Positions 1 through 12,289 of a DNA stretch of 64,000 nucleotides are shown here, piece by piece. The notes under the pieces are model-generated. The model did no database searches. It was not told the DNA's origin and was given only the letters and a program-made list of their open reading frames with translations. This stretch comes from Octopus sinensis. Taxonomy: Eukaryota. A program made the translations under genes and the position numbers. The first letter of the stretch is position 1. Every line of letters begins with the position of its first letter. The DNA is taken from positions 181,412,001 to 181,476,000 of the forward strand of contig NC_042998.1 of the NCBI RefSeq assembly GCF_006345805.1. The letters run 5' to 3'.

Positions 1-465
1 CACCCTGCTTCAGCTGAAAAGATAAAAAAAAGGAAGAGAAAGGGGACATTGCCGGCAATAGGTGACATAGTACCGGAATGTCCCAGAACCTCGTCGGTTA
101 GAGTTGTGCAACCGGCAAGGGAAGAGACACCGCTGGCGGGAAATGTGCCGCCAAAGGTAGAATTGGATATCCCGCCCCCGGAGGAAGACGAATTATCGGT
201 CATCGTCTGCTATAGAGGCGGAGAGGTAGAAAAGGTGGTGGAAAAACACCATAAAGGTGCACCTTTAGCCTATACACAGGATCTCGAGTGGCCTCCGTAG
301 ATAGCTGTGGAGGTCATAACATTGCCCGTGATGAATAGGCTGAAGGGACTCAATGAGGAATATCGCTTGTACCCGGACGATGCTGACACGGCACCCGCTT
401 TGATCTTGAATGAGGTGTGGGTGATGGCGGAGTATGCGGGCAAAAGCGATGTTGAGGAGGAATAG
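1..465 (+). pseudogene. C-terminal remnant of a probable retroelement ORF1/gag-like protein, cut by the window edge
   Basis: Frame +1 is open from 1 to 465 apart from one TAG at 298-300 (HPASAEKIKKRKRKGTLP...EWPP*IAVEVITLPVMNRLKGL...KSDVEEE*). It is GC-richer than its flanks and has a basic, Pro-rich linker. No diagnostic domain is inside the window. Confidence 0.4.
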
Positions 466-764
466 TGATAAGCGGTTGAAAAGCCTCAGTGTTATTGAAA
501 GTTCCGAGTTTGGAAAGAAAGGAAAGAGGCTTAGCGCCTCATTTTGTTATTGAATTTTGTTATTGAATATTGTGAACAGTGTAGAGGTTTGTTGCCTCGT
601 GAACAATATACAAGAGATCGATGTTGTCGGGAAAAATCGATCGGTGGACGTCGTTTTCCCCCCATTAATCATCATTTTCATTTCATATAACATTATGTCT
701 ACGTCCAGCCCACAGCTTCTTTTCTCTGTGTAAGGCTTTATGGCCAATATAATGAAATAAAGAA

Positions 765-877
765 GCCTGCTTCCCAACCACATGGTTCCGGGTTCAGAAT
801 GTGTCTTCTACTATAGTCTCGGGCCGACGAAAGCCTTGTGAGTTGATTTGGTTGGCGGAAACTGAAAGAAGTCTGTC

Positions 878-929
<52 letters not shown>

Positions 930-1158
930 TATATGAATATATTCGTGTGTTTGTGTCTGTTTGTCCTTCCACAATCGCTTGACAACCGATCTCGATGTAT
1001 TTACATCACCGTAACCTAGCGGTTCAGCAAAACAGACCTATAAAATATGTACCAGGCTTGCAACGAATAAGGACCAGGGGTCGATTTCTGCGGCTAAAAG
1101 GCAGTGCTCCAGCATGACCGCAGTTAAAATGACTGAAACAAGTAAAATGATAAAAGAA
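765..1158 (+). mobile_element. SINE family A (tRNA-like head, internal (TA)n), 5'-truncated with a small internal deletion
   Basis: Shares ccaaccacatggttccgggttca...gtgtcttctacta...gaaactgaaagaag...gtgctccagcatg...atgactgaaacaagtaaaa with at least 6 other copies in the window. Confidence 0.85.
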
Positions 1159-1279
1159 TGAAGAATTATCAGATTTGCAGATTGAGTAACTTCTTATAAG
1201 TATATTTTTGCTTTTTCGTTTTTCGGAATCATAATTGCCCTTCAAGTTTCAAATGCCCATCTTCATAGCTCTGTATTTC

Positions 1280-1343
1280 CTCTCTGTCTCTTTCTCCCTC
1301 CCCTTCTCTCTCTCCCACTCTCTCTCCATCTTTCTCTCTCTCC

Positions 1344-1379
<36 letters not shown>

Positions 1380-1388
1380 TTCTCTCTC
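1280..1388. repeat. (CT)n microsatellite
   Basis: Seen directly; source of the ERER ORFs. Confidence 0.95.
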
Positions 1389-1779
1389 AATAAATTTTCG
1401 CAATTTTGCACTTGTAAAACATTCTTCGATGTCCCAAATGCAGATGTTATTCAAATTACATGTATAATACATTACTGCACATCTCGATGTAACGCGGAAC
1501 CAATTTTCCTTTTGATGTTCATGTGTTTTAAATTGAAATTCGTCTCGATAGAATTTTCGAAATAACAAAAATCAGAGAAACAACACGAACAGAGAAAAGA
1601 GCAAGAAAAGAGCATGATCATTTTTATACATGAAAATAACCATATCGAAATATCTAAATGTACAATATGTATACATAAAAAACATTTTAAGAAAAATACG
1701 CTAAGGAATATGAATCGTAATATTGCAATATGGTACGTTCTTACAACAAAAGAGGCTGACTACTGTATGAGGAGGTGCT

Positions 1780-2095
1780 CTAAGTGTTACTGGGAGAATG
1801 AGGGTCACTATCTTCTAACGTATGGTTCATCATTATCATCATTTGCTTTAGTGGTGAAGAACTTATCCAAAGTTCTTTGATGGTTACGGCATATAAATTC
1901 TTTGTCAAGCTTAGTGTAGGAAAGGAGCTTATTGTAAACTACTTTCATAATTTTTATGGTGCCTTCGCGATTACTGTCGCTATCAGCAACAACTTGCAAA
2001 TTCTTCCAGCCCTCTAGCAATATACTTTGCAGTCAATTTAAGTGGAGTTGATGGAATTTCCGCCCTGGCTCTTTCTTTTTAAATGAAATATTTTT
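1780..2095 (-). pseudogene. Possible pogo/Tigger-type transposase C-terminal remnant
   Basis: Minus frame ends ...YTKLDKEFICRNHQRTLDKFFTTK, resembling the QTTLDxFF tail of Tigger/pogo transposases. No catalytic motif or TIR seen. Confidence 0.3.
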
Positions 2096-2164
2096 ATAAT
2101 TTGTTAATAAGAACAAGGCACTATCTCTGAAATTTAATGACATTAACAATAAAAAAAATTGTAT

Positions 2165-2565
2165 AGGCGTAGGAGTGGCTGTGTGATAAGTAGCTTGATT
2201 ACCAACCACATGGTTCCGGGTTCATTCCCACTGCGTGGCACCTTGGGCAAGTGTCTTCTACTATAGCCTCGGGCCAACCAAAGCCTTGTGAATAGACTTG
2301 GCAGACGGAAACTGAAAGAAGCCCGTCGTATATATGTACTTATATATGTATGTGTGTATGTATGTTTGTGTGTCTGTGTTTGTCCCCCCAACATCACTTG
2401 ACAACCGATGCTGGTGTGTTTACGTCCTTGTAACTTAGCGGTTCGGCAAAAGAGACCGATAGAATAAGTACTAGGCTTACAAAGAATAAGTCCTGCGGTC
2501 GATTTGCTCGACTAAAGGCGGTGCTCCAGCATGGTCACAATCAAATGATTGAAACAAGTAAAAGA
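2165..2565 (+). mobile_element. SINE family A, near full length
   Basis: Starts ggcgtaggagtggctgtgtgataag (A-box-like), has ggttccgggttca (B-box-like), and matches copies at 17426, 23813 and 43065. Confidence 0.9.
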
Positions 2566-3534
2566 GTACTTGTTGCCTATTTCTACCATGCTGCTTGCAG
2601 GTTGTAAAGGCTACGTGTTAGGTCGTCTCTATCTTTGCTTGAAAACTATTTTTTTTTAATTATTTCCCGGACAATTAGTCACATAACCTTGGGCGTCTAT
2701 GACTACGGGTAGAGATGTAAAGTTTAGTAAAGAAGTTTAAGCCGCGAAACAGTTGTCAATAGATGTTCCTGTTGATATTTGAATGGAATATTTACTTCCT
2801 CTGGGCAACTGACCTCAAAACAGTCCATAATATTTCTTTTCTGTACCAAACAACTATATCAAGTTTTGTTACACTTCTTATGCATGTATTCATGCATTCA
2901 TCTATTTATGTATACATTTATGCATATATGTATGTATGCATTCATGTGTGTAAGTGTATATGTATGCAGTATAGTTTCCCTTTATTCCTTCTCGCTTGCC
3001 TGCTTCCTTATCTAGGAGACATATGTAAGAATACATATGTATAAACCTGACTTCATTTTTTTATACCTATGTTATTGGCATATAGCTTATTATTCCAGTA
3101 GTGATTGGAATATACATGAATATGTATATTGATACTAGAATTGCGAACATCTTATTAATTGTCCATACTTTCCTTCTTCTGTACTTTTTCCAGAAAACTG
3201 ACATCAAATTGGCAAGTGCTGTCCACAACGGAAGACGTTCTTACATTTATTCTATGTTAACACTATCATTTCCGTTGATTTTCAGTTCATCTCTAGTCCA
3301 TATTTTCATGCACCATTAAAATTATCGATCTAATCTTATGTATTTAGCTTCATTAACTAACACCAACCTTGTTTCCAAGAATTTTATTCAAGAGAAATCT
3401 GATAAGTCTACTAAAGAATTAATTTGTCTCACAACTTGCTTTCAATTTTTTTCAAGATTTTTCTTTTCTCGATAATATTTATTAACGGCTGTTGTTTTTT
3501 AATGCATTTTTGTGCATTAAGTTTGTGAATTATT

Positions 3535-3800
3535 CAAACCCGAAAGAATCCCTCTCAACACATAGCTATGATGCTCCCCAACTACTTCTGCTTGTGATCA
3601 AGAGATGCACACATCGTCAGCCATTAAGGAACATGTTCAACTGGTTACGGTCAAACAACTGACAAGCAACTCTGTGGTATTGAGCAGAATATTTGCTATA
3701 GCCCATCTTTTATACCAAGACAAAACAATGTACATGATAACACTTCCAATCAGTTAAGATCAGAAATCATGAGAACCCCTGCCTGATACTGCATCAGGGA
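3535..3800. repeat. Unclassified interspersed repeat
   Basis: Recognised from memory as a common octopus repeat (ccgaaagaatccc...gcccatcttttataccaagacaaaac...). There is no second copy in the window to confirm it. Confidence 0.4.
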
Positions 3801-3804
<4 letters not shown>

Positions 3805-3860
<56 letters not shown>

Positions 3861-3905
3861 CATCCTCATCATCATCATAATCATCATCATCATCATTATT
3901 ATTAA
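3805..3905. repeat. (ATT)n/(ATC)n microsatellite
   Basis: Seen directly. Confidence 0.95.
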
Positions 3906-4784
3906 TTCAATAATTAATGATATATTATTCATAATGTTACAGTAGTCCTGTTGTTATTACTTCATAATTTGAACAAAGCTCCTTTTCATTGTGTATGTAC
4001 TATATTTGTGTGTATTTATATTCTATTGTATATAGTATGGATGCAGCTTCATGTAATGCTGTTTTCTGAATACTTGTTACTCCTTTGGTTTTGGCCGTAT
4101 ATTCCATTACTTATCATTTTTATCATTCCCAGTAATAGTAATTGTTTGTGTTTCCAATTATAATGGATTGATTCTAGTTTCGAGAAGATATTTCTGTTTC
4201 CACGCATTTATACTTGGATTGTTTTTGTTGTTGTTTTTACTTCATTTCTATCAGACGTTGTCATCCTTTGGAATTGATATGTCAGTTAGAAGACATTTTA
4301 TTTTATTTTTTCAGATCATCTTTGACAATAATGCTGAGGTGATTTCGTTCAATCTTCTTGTGTAGAAAGCTGCTTGTCATATATTATTGTCACTTTGTCA
4401 TTCTCCGAAACCTTTTGAGATGTATGCTTATTAGTACCACATCTTTTCTGTGGCTATTCATTAAAACATGCTTTGTTCCCAGAGTACGAAAACTCACTTA
4501 ACATTCTGTGTTCAGATCCTGTTAACATTAAATATGCTTTTTGCTCTTTCGGGATCGATAAATAAATACCAATTCGCAATAAGTGAGGTTCTTTGAAGTG
4601 ATTACTCATTTTACCAAAAACAAATGTGTGGTATGTGTCAATGTTAAGAATCATTATTATAATAAATCAGAAAACAAGTACCATAAAAATATTTTAAGTG
4701 TATTCATTTTGATGCCTTACAGTCTTGAGTTCAATTCCCAGTTGAGTTAAATACGATTATAACTCACACCTTGCAAGAGAAACT

Positions 4785-5815
4785 TCGGAAAGAGTTGGAT
4801 TAATCTAATGGTGATTACGAAGATACGGCAGCTCGGAAAACTCACTCTGGTCATTCTGATAAGAAAGAACTCCTGAATCTGTTGGTGAGATCCAGACCAT
4901 GATTGACAACGACCCCTCCAAGTCAATCTGGTTCATCGCCTGGGACACAGGAGTCCCTGAGTTTCTTATCAGGCAGGTAGTGTATGAAGACACTCGGTAT
5001 TCCTCATACAAGATGAGGAAAGGCCAATTTTTTTCCCAAGCATCAAGGACTAGAGAAAAGACCGCGCCACGAAACTTTTGAACAAATTCAAGCTTCCCCT
5101 CCAACGGAACATGCTTTGGTTTTTCTCAGGCGAGAAAATTTTCTACCAAGATCAGATGAACACACAGAACAACCGTTGACTTGCCGTGTCTACAAAACAT
5201 GTACCGAGAATGATAAAAATCAAATAACTAGTCAACATCTTGGTGTTTGAAGTGATCATTAGTGATGGAGACGTTGTGTCTCCATTCATCTCCCCACACG
5301 GCCTCAGACTCACACGGACACCTACATCAAGTGTCTGGAGGAAGTGATGCTGCTCTGGATCAAGAGGGTGACTGCTGGAAGACCTTACGTTTAGCGACAG
5401 GACTCTGCACCATACCACACAAGCAGGAGAGCCCAATCATAGCTATGAGAAAATTTCAGTGACCACATCACCCCTAACATCTGGCCACCTAACTCCCCAG
5501 ACTGCAACACCCTTGATTATTATGTGGAGCGCAGTTGAGCGACAGACCAACAGAACACCTTTTGACACCAAAGATGAACTGAAGGCAAGAATTATGGCAG
5601 CAGTCACCAACTTAAACAAGAAGACCGTCCAAAATAGATGCAGGAGATTCCGAAGTTGTCGGGTTGAAACTAAATGTGATTTTATTGAATAAATTTACTC
5701 TTTAGTATTTCAGATGTATGTAATTTGGTAAAAAAAAATATCTGCTAAAATGAGATGTCAGTGTTATTATCATTTTTGCGTAATTTAAACGACAATTCAT
5801 TCACCGCACCTTGTA

Positions 5816-5817
<2 letters not shown>
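4785..5817 (+). mobile_element. Tc1/mariner DD37D (maT-type) transposon, 5'-truncated pseudogene
   Basis: Frame from 5398 reads QDSAPYHTSRRAQS*L*ENFSDHITPNIWPPNSPDCNTLDYY. D at 5401 and D at 5515 are separated by exactly 37 codons. An FS(G/D)EK-like first motif lies near 5120-5140, and a probable right TIR ends ...accgcaccttgTA near 5817. Confidence 0.88.
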
Positions 5818-5869
<52 letters not shown>

Positions 5870-6154
5870 TGATGGACTCTCTCGTCGAAAACGACGTATG
5901 AGGGTTCAGCTTTTGCTGAACAAGCTGCACAAGTGATTTGTTTATAGTGATCAAATGTATGTGGTGTACATTAGTTCACTCCCCTCATCAAATCGATGTT
6001 GCCTGTACACCTGCACAAATATGCCGCTCGTCAGATGTCGAAATGATTGCAGGATAACGTGAAATGAAGTGCTTTACTCAAGATCGCAACACGCCGCTCG
6101 GTCCCGGATCGTGGGTTCAACACCGAAGCCAGACAACGCATACATATCACACAC

Positions 6155-6192
<38 letters not shown>

Positions 6193-6207
6193 ACACACAC
6201 AATATAT

Positions 6208-6243
<36 letters not shown>

Positions 6244-6315
6244 GGAAATTCGGGTTGAGTACTTGATAATTTAAGCACATGTGTATACCGTTTGGTGGTG
6301 TAGGTGGTGGAGTAA

Positions 6316-6745
6316 ATTGATCAAAATAAAAAACCTGATGCCAGGATTCAGCGGTACTATGTTTCGGGCCTTTATTAGACATATTTATAACAATGCATAT
6401 TGTCTGTGCCTTCTTCAGTCGCGCACAACAGCTCCACAAGGACATGTGTTCATCAAAAATTCTTGGTTGGGGATGTAAATGCTCTATTCGCGTACGACAT
6501 GCGGCACAGCATAGAATAGATGGACGCTTCTATTCTAGCTGTTGCCGCATTATGTCGTACGCGAATGAGAGGATTTACATCCCCAACCAAGAATTTTTGA
6601 TGTAACACATGTCCTTGTGGAAGCTGTTGTGCGCGACTGAAGAAGGCCACAGACATACATTATGCATTGTTATAAATCTGTCTAATAAAGGCCCGAAACA
6701 TATGTACCGCTGAATCCTTGGCATCATGTTTTTATTTTGATCAAT
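6316..6745. repeat. 430-bp fold-back palindrome (about 210-bp arms, 8-nt loop at 6521-6528)
   Basis: attgatcaaaataaaaaac... at 6316 is the reverse complement of ...gtttttattttgatcaat ending at 6745, and the arms align to the centre. Differences are mostly 1-nt indels. Confidence 0.95.
6633..6710 (+). ncRNA. Degenerate type I hammerhead-ribozyme-like motif (mirrored on the - strand in the left arm)
   Basis: CTGAAGA (6637-6643), GGCC...GGCC stem II, GAAA (6695-6698), palindromic ACATATGT stem III, GTA triplet, and GCG/CGC stem I. The base pairs next to the core in stems I and II are mismatched. Confidence 0.4.
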
Positions 6746-6970
<225 letters not shown>

Positions 6971-6976
6971 ATCTAG

Positions 6977-7072
6977 CAGAAGTATCAGAGTGACTCAAGG
7001 CCCGAGAGCTTCATGCGTTGGCACAGTGCCACGCACAAAACTTTGGCACCTTGAGTCACTCTGTTGCTTCTG
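6977..7072. other. 96-nt imperfect hairpin (small MITE or hairpin RNA)
   Basis: cagagtgactcaagg (6986-7000) pairs perfectly with ccttgagtcactctg (7049-7063). Outer cagaag/cttctg and inner tggcac/gtgcca also pair. Confidence 0.8.
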
Positions 7073-7496
7073 TTATATATTAATAAAATATACATATACT
7101 CATATTTTGAGTTCTATTTTCCCTGTTTGCACCAACATGCCTTTATATATATATTATATATATATATATATATATATTATATACACACTCAGGGTTGCAA
7201 TACTAATGAAGATTCAATCTGGCCAAAGTAAATGCTTAAACGAGCAGAAATGAGCAAATTACAACTCTCAGCCCCCGCCTAACAATATACGAAGAATTTC
7301 CAGATCCCCAATATTCAACCTTTCAACACAGGAAGCTAGTGAATTCTAAATTACCAAACGCCTTAACGCTATATCCTCATATCCCTTGTAGTTGTGATGA
7401 CTTACAAAACCTAGCATCGAAACTGGATCCACAGAAAATGTAGACATTCTTTGTGACGTATTTATGTATATACTTACTACTTACTTATTTTCTTAC

Positions 7497-7543
7497 TTCT
7501 CTAAATGATTCAAATGATACAGAGTAGATGTTTATACATTCGG
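7497..7543 (-). CDS. Candidate 47-nt internal exon, unknown gene
   Basis: Minus-strand acceptor tatgttttttag, donor GAA/gtaaga, one open frame (ECINIYSVSFESFRE). Phase-compatible with 9465-9512. Could be a chance pseudo-exon. Confidence 0.2.
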
Positions 7544-8397
7544 CTAAAAAACATAATATAGTATATCTCCAAACAAAAACAGAAAGACCTAGAAAAACCG
7601 ATTCAATTTCTGTGTTAAATTTTAAAGAAAATATTTATTTATCCTATAAGCTGGTGAGTTATTTAAAATCCCATTGTTATTTGTTCAAATGTTATATGAT
7701 ACTATTGTACAGAACTATGTGTTTAGTTTACTTGCTACTTGGTCCTAAAACTTAAAATATACCATGACCTCAACGTCACTAACCCCTTTCTAAGAAAGCA
7801 ATAATCAGGCTCTGGAGTAAAAGATATCAAATAGTGAACTGCCATATCTTGTTGATCGTTCCTTGTCGACATGTAGGCGGTTTCTCTTGTTTCCAAAACT
7901 AGTTTAGTTCGTTTACTTTATTCCAATATTCCACACTTTTACTTTTTTTTTATTTCAAAGACTCAAATTCTGAGTTCTTTGAGATATGTTAAAAAAGGAG
8001 ACGAGTAAGCAAACACAGTCATACGTGTTCATTTGTGTGTATACCCGCAAACACGTCCACCACATATACATACACACCTACCTACATACATACATACATG
8101 CATACATATTGGTTTCAATTTTTGTCTTGAATAGCTCGGTTAAACGAACGAAAGGGCTGATAAAGAATTATCCAAAATTCTGAGTGCCTCTTTTTCCTTA
8201 GTATACAATATCTGTACACCACTTCAAACACTCTATACACAACACACACACACACACACACGCGCACACATTCAAATATATATATATATACACATATATA
8301 CATATACACATATATATACACACACATATATACATACATATATATATATATATTATATATATACATACACATATATATACATTCATATACATATATA

Positions 8398-8437
<40 letters not shown>

Positions 8438-8484
8438 AACCAAACAAGAAAACGCAAAAAAACACAAAAAACAAAAAAAAACAC

Positions 8485-8645
8485 ACACCAACGCGAGGAC
8501 GTGGTACAAATAAAGTATTATTGGACGCTCAGGAAAGAAGGGGAGGAGGGTTTAACGTTTCGAGCGGAGCTCTTCGTCGGAAACAAAGGAGAAGGAAAGA
8601 TCCTGAGAAGGGAAGACAAAGGAAAAAAAATTGCTGGCGGTGCTC
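8485..8645 (-). mobile_element. Short repeat carrying a minimal hammerhead motif (Penelope pLTR-like or retrozyme-like); same family as 51860-52025
   Basis: Aligns as the reverse complement of 51860-52025. Minus strand 8584-8550 reads GTTT-CCGACGA-A-GAGC-TCC-GCTC-GAAA-CGTT-AAAC. Confidence 0.7.
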
Positions 8646-8824
8646 ATATATATATATATATATACATTAATATATATGTGTGTGTGTGTGTGCGTGTACG
8701 TGTGTGTGTATGCCCTCTCTACCAAGGCAGCAGGGTACCATCATTAGAAAGCCACAACAATGCGAGTAAGTCCAATGTGACTAGCGGTACATAACAACAT
8801 CCGACAGTCTATCGATACAGTAAT

Positions 8825-8835
8825 ACAAATAGATA

Positions 8836-8874
<39 letters not shown>

Positions 8875-8952
8875 CATACATACATACATACATACATACA
8901 TACATGCATACATACATACATACATACATACATACATACATACATACATACA
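8825..8952. repeat. (GATA)n-(CATA)n compound microsatellite
   Basis: Seen directly. Confidence 0.95.
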
Positions 8953-9464
8953 TTTCCAATTAACTGGGAAATAAACTCCACAAAATTATTTAAATTTTAT
9001 CAAAATGGACGCTATTGTGTGAGAGATTTTAAGATAATTCCAGAGAAATAGCTTTATTTGCGGCTGCATCCTTGAAAATCTTTTTCCTTTTAGACTTAGT
9101 GTAAATAATACTAGAGTATCCATTGTGAACGTAGTACTGTACGGGCAAAATTACTAAGAAATTTTACTCAAAATTTGACACGGAAATTTTTGATACAAAA
9201 TTAATAAGGATTCTTACTGAGTCAGTACGAGGAAGAACTGAGAAGTGAAGAAGGAAATTAACGCTCTGGCATTTCCGCAAGTTTATTCTCAGTTCGTAAT
9301 TTAGAGGCGATACTAAATAGGTTCGAGTTGGCATGAGATTGCCTACATTAATTGCATAATCGATGCAAGTACATTACCGATCTAAAGTAGCTGTTTAATA
9401 TACTGATATTGCCAGAGGCTTACACTTATGTTCATAGTTCATAAATTGGCTGTTTGTAGCTTAC

Positions 9465-9512
9465 TTATATTATTGAGCACGAATTCTGTCACCTCGCCAG
9501 GCAGAAATAAAA
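9465..9512 (-). CDS. Candidate 48-nt internal exon, unknown gene
   Basis: Minus-strand acceptor with a poly-T tract (...gattttgaattttgtag), donor AA/gtaagc, one open frame (LFLPGEVTEFVLNNI), phase 1-1. No homology recognised. Confidence 0.25.
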
Positions 9513-9927
9513 CTACAAAATTCAAAATCAAAAAAAAAAAAGACTAATAAACCAATAGTCACGCAAAAGTTGCATAAAATATACATATACTTCATAGACC
9601 CATCTGTTGATGAGGTGCACACCAGTATGAACCAGCTTTGCAAAAAGGGCTTGAGTATCTTGATTATTAGATCTATGCGTAATGAATATAGATACCCATT
9701 GATACTCAACTACTTTCAGCGGGTAGATGGATGAGTCATTGTAATTCGACATATGATAGTAATTATCATACGCCGAGATAAAATAGGGTACAAGTGTGGT
9801 GTTCTAGGATAAAAAGGACCATATAATATATTGGGTGTGTGTGTGTGCCTATATGTATATATAGTTATGTGTATGTATAGATGTATATATGTGTGTAAGT
9901 GACATATGCAGGCACATTATATACATA

Positions 9928-10000
<73 letters not shown>

Positions 10001-10104
10001 ATATATATATATATATGTATATATATATACATATGTTTGTTTGTATGTATGAATACAGAGAGAGGGAGAGAGAGAGATACATGCATTCATACATATAGAC
10101 ATAT

Positions 10105-10185
10105 ATACATGGATACATACATACACACATACATACATACATACATACATACATACATACATACATACATACATACATACATACA

Positions 10186-10217
<32 letters not shown>

Positions 10218-10250
10218 GACATACATACGTACGTACGTACCTACATACAT
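10105..10250. repeat. (CATA)n microsatellite
   Basis: Seen directly; source of the MYVC/HTYI ORFs. Confidence 0.95.
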
Positions 10251-11367
10251 ACAATGAAGCAAGTCTATTGGTCCAAATGTTTACCATTTATTTATGCCAT
10301 CATCCATTTGGGCATTTATTTCATGCTTTTTTGTTTTGGATTGTTTCGTTTTCTTATTTTCGCTTTTTTTTATCATTTCATTGTGTTGGTTTTGTTTCGT
10401 GCTATTTTTGTGATATTTTGGGGAGTGTTGTTATATTCTCCATTTTGTTTCTCTTTTCTCTTCTAGCATTTTTGTGCTTTGTTTTTTTACTTTTCTTTCA
10501 TATCTTTCTTTTCTGAAGACAAAAACCTAATACTTTTCACTTCAACTTCGTTATATATTTCGCTCAGGTTTCTCTGATAACCAAACGAAACATTGAAATT
10601 GGAATGCCTCAATACAATTATCTTTGTTACAGGGATCCTTCCCTTTTAAAGTCATTGCAAACTAATGCTTTCATCTCTCCCAGGATCGATGTGAAAATTA
10701 TCAGTAATATCTAAATTGCAAAAGAAGGGCTGGCGCTTAATTAACCGAAACTCCAACAAAGCATGAATGACGGAAGTCATATCAATCAGAAATGATAAAA
10801 ACTAAACTGAACCATTCAGCCATTGCCTCACCCCTACCCCCTCACCAGTTTTCAATAAAAACATATACCAATCGTACCTACAGTTTACTGTAGCAGCAGA
10901 TTAAATCGATTATAGAATATTAGAGAATATTAAACTCTTGATCCTCTGTTATTGCTTTCGCTTTTGCTTCTTTTTGTTTTGTTATTGCTATTAATATTGT
11001 TTCTATATTGTTGTTGTTGTCCTTATTGATATCGGTTTTTTTTTATTATTATCCGTCGTTGGTGTGGTTTTTGGTATTTTTAATGTTATTCCTTTCATTG
11101 CCTAGTGCCTTTCCGTTATCTTCGTTGTTTTTTTTATCTCATTTCCTTTATCATTGGTGTTGTTGCTGAGATGCTTCTTTACTTCTTCCCAACCAACTGC
11201 ATGGATTTTGCACTGAGTGTGATTTAACGTCACCATTTCCCTAACTCATCGAAATTGTAGACATAATAAAGTTTACTGATAACTACAGTTGTAAACCTCA
11301 CTTCTATACTACGGGACTTTTTTCTTCCAGGATTGGAACAACCATTAGTTGTTGATGTTTCTGTCTT

Positions 11368-11470
11368 TACGTTCTGAATTCAAATTCCGCTGAGGTCATT
11401 TGCCATTTATCTTTTCGGGGTCGACTTCCCCTCTCCCAAAATCTCAGGTTTTGTGCCTATAGTAGAAAGG
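11368..11470 (+). mobile_element. SINE family B, degenerate fragment
   Basis: acgttctgaattcaaattccgctgaggtc...ttttcggggtcgac matches the family B core at 35070-35140. Confidence 0.65.
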
Positions 11471-11596
11471 ATTATTATACTGTTGCACATATTGTTATAA
11501 ATTGTCAAATAATGCAGAGATAGATGAAATAGTAAAGCAAAGTAACTGTGATAAATAGTATCACGACTATTCTGCCTTAGTTTTTTCATCTATTGT

Positions 11597-11826
<230 letters not shown>

Positions 11827-12289
11827 TGTACATATGTGTGCATAAGTGCGCATGTTTGTCTGTATGCATGCGTGTACATACGTGTACATTATGCAGTGTT
11901 GTTTTTATTGTTGCTTAGCCACAAAGCAGTCATGATTGAGGAGCGATATAACACACAGAACCATCTTTCTGATAAACCATATTTCTGTCAAGCTTGTAAC
12001 TATACTTCATATTCTATTGGAGGTAGCAGTATCATGGATATTTTCCATTCTTTCCAATGTTCCGCCCATTTCTATAAATCTGTAAGTCCTAGTGGTGGGC
12101 ACAGTGAAGGCTAACAAGATGTGGATGATCAGAATAAAACAACTATTCTGTCCCCTGTACCTTTTCAAGGTTCGGTCTGGAAGAGCAGTTCCCTTGAACT
12201 TCGTACGTGAGATTGAGCCCAGTTGCTTATTATTTCGAATTTCGCTAACTCAATGTGAGCAGCAGAATTCAGGAGGATTTATACTCTAG

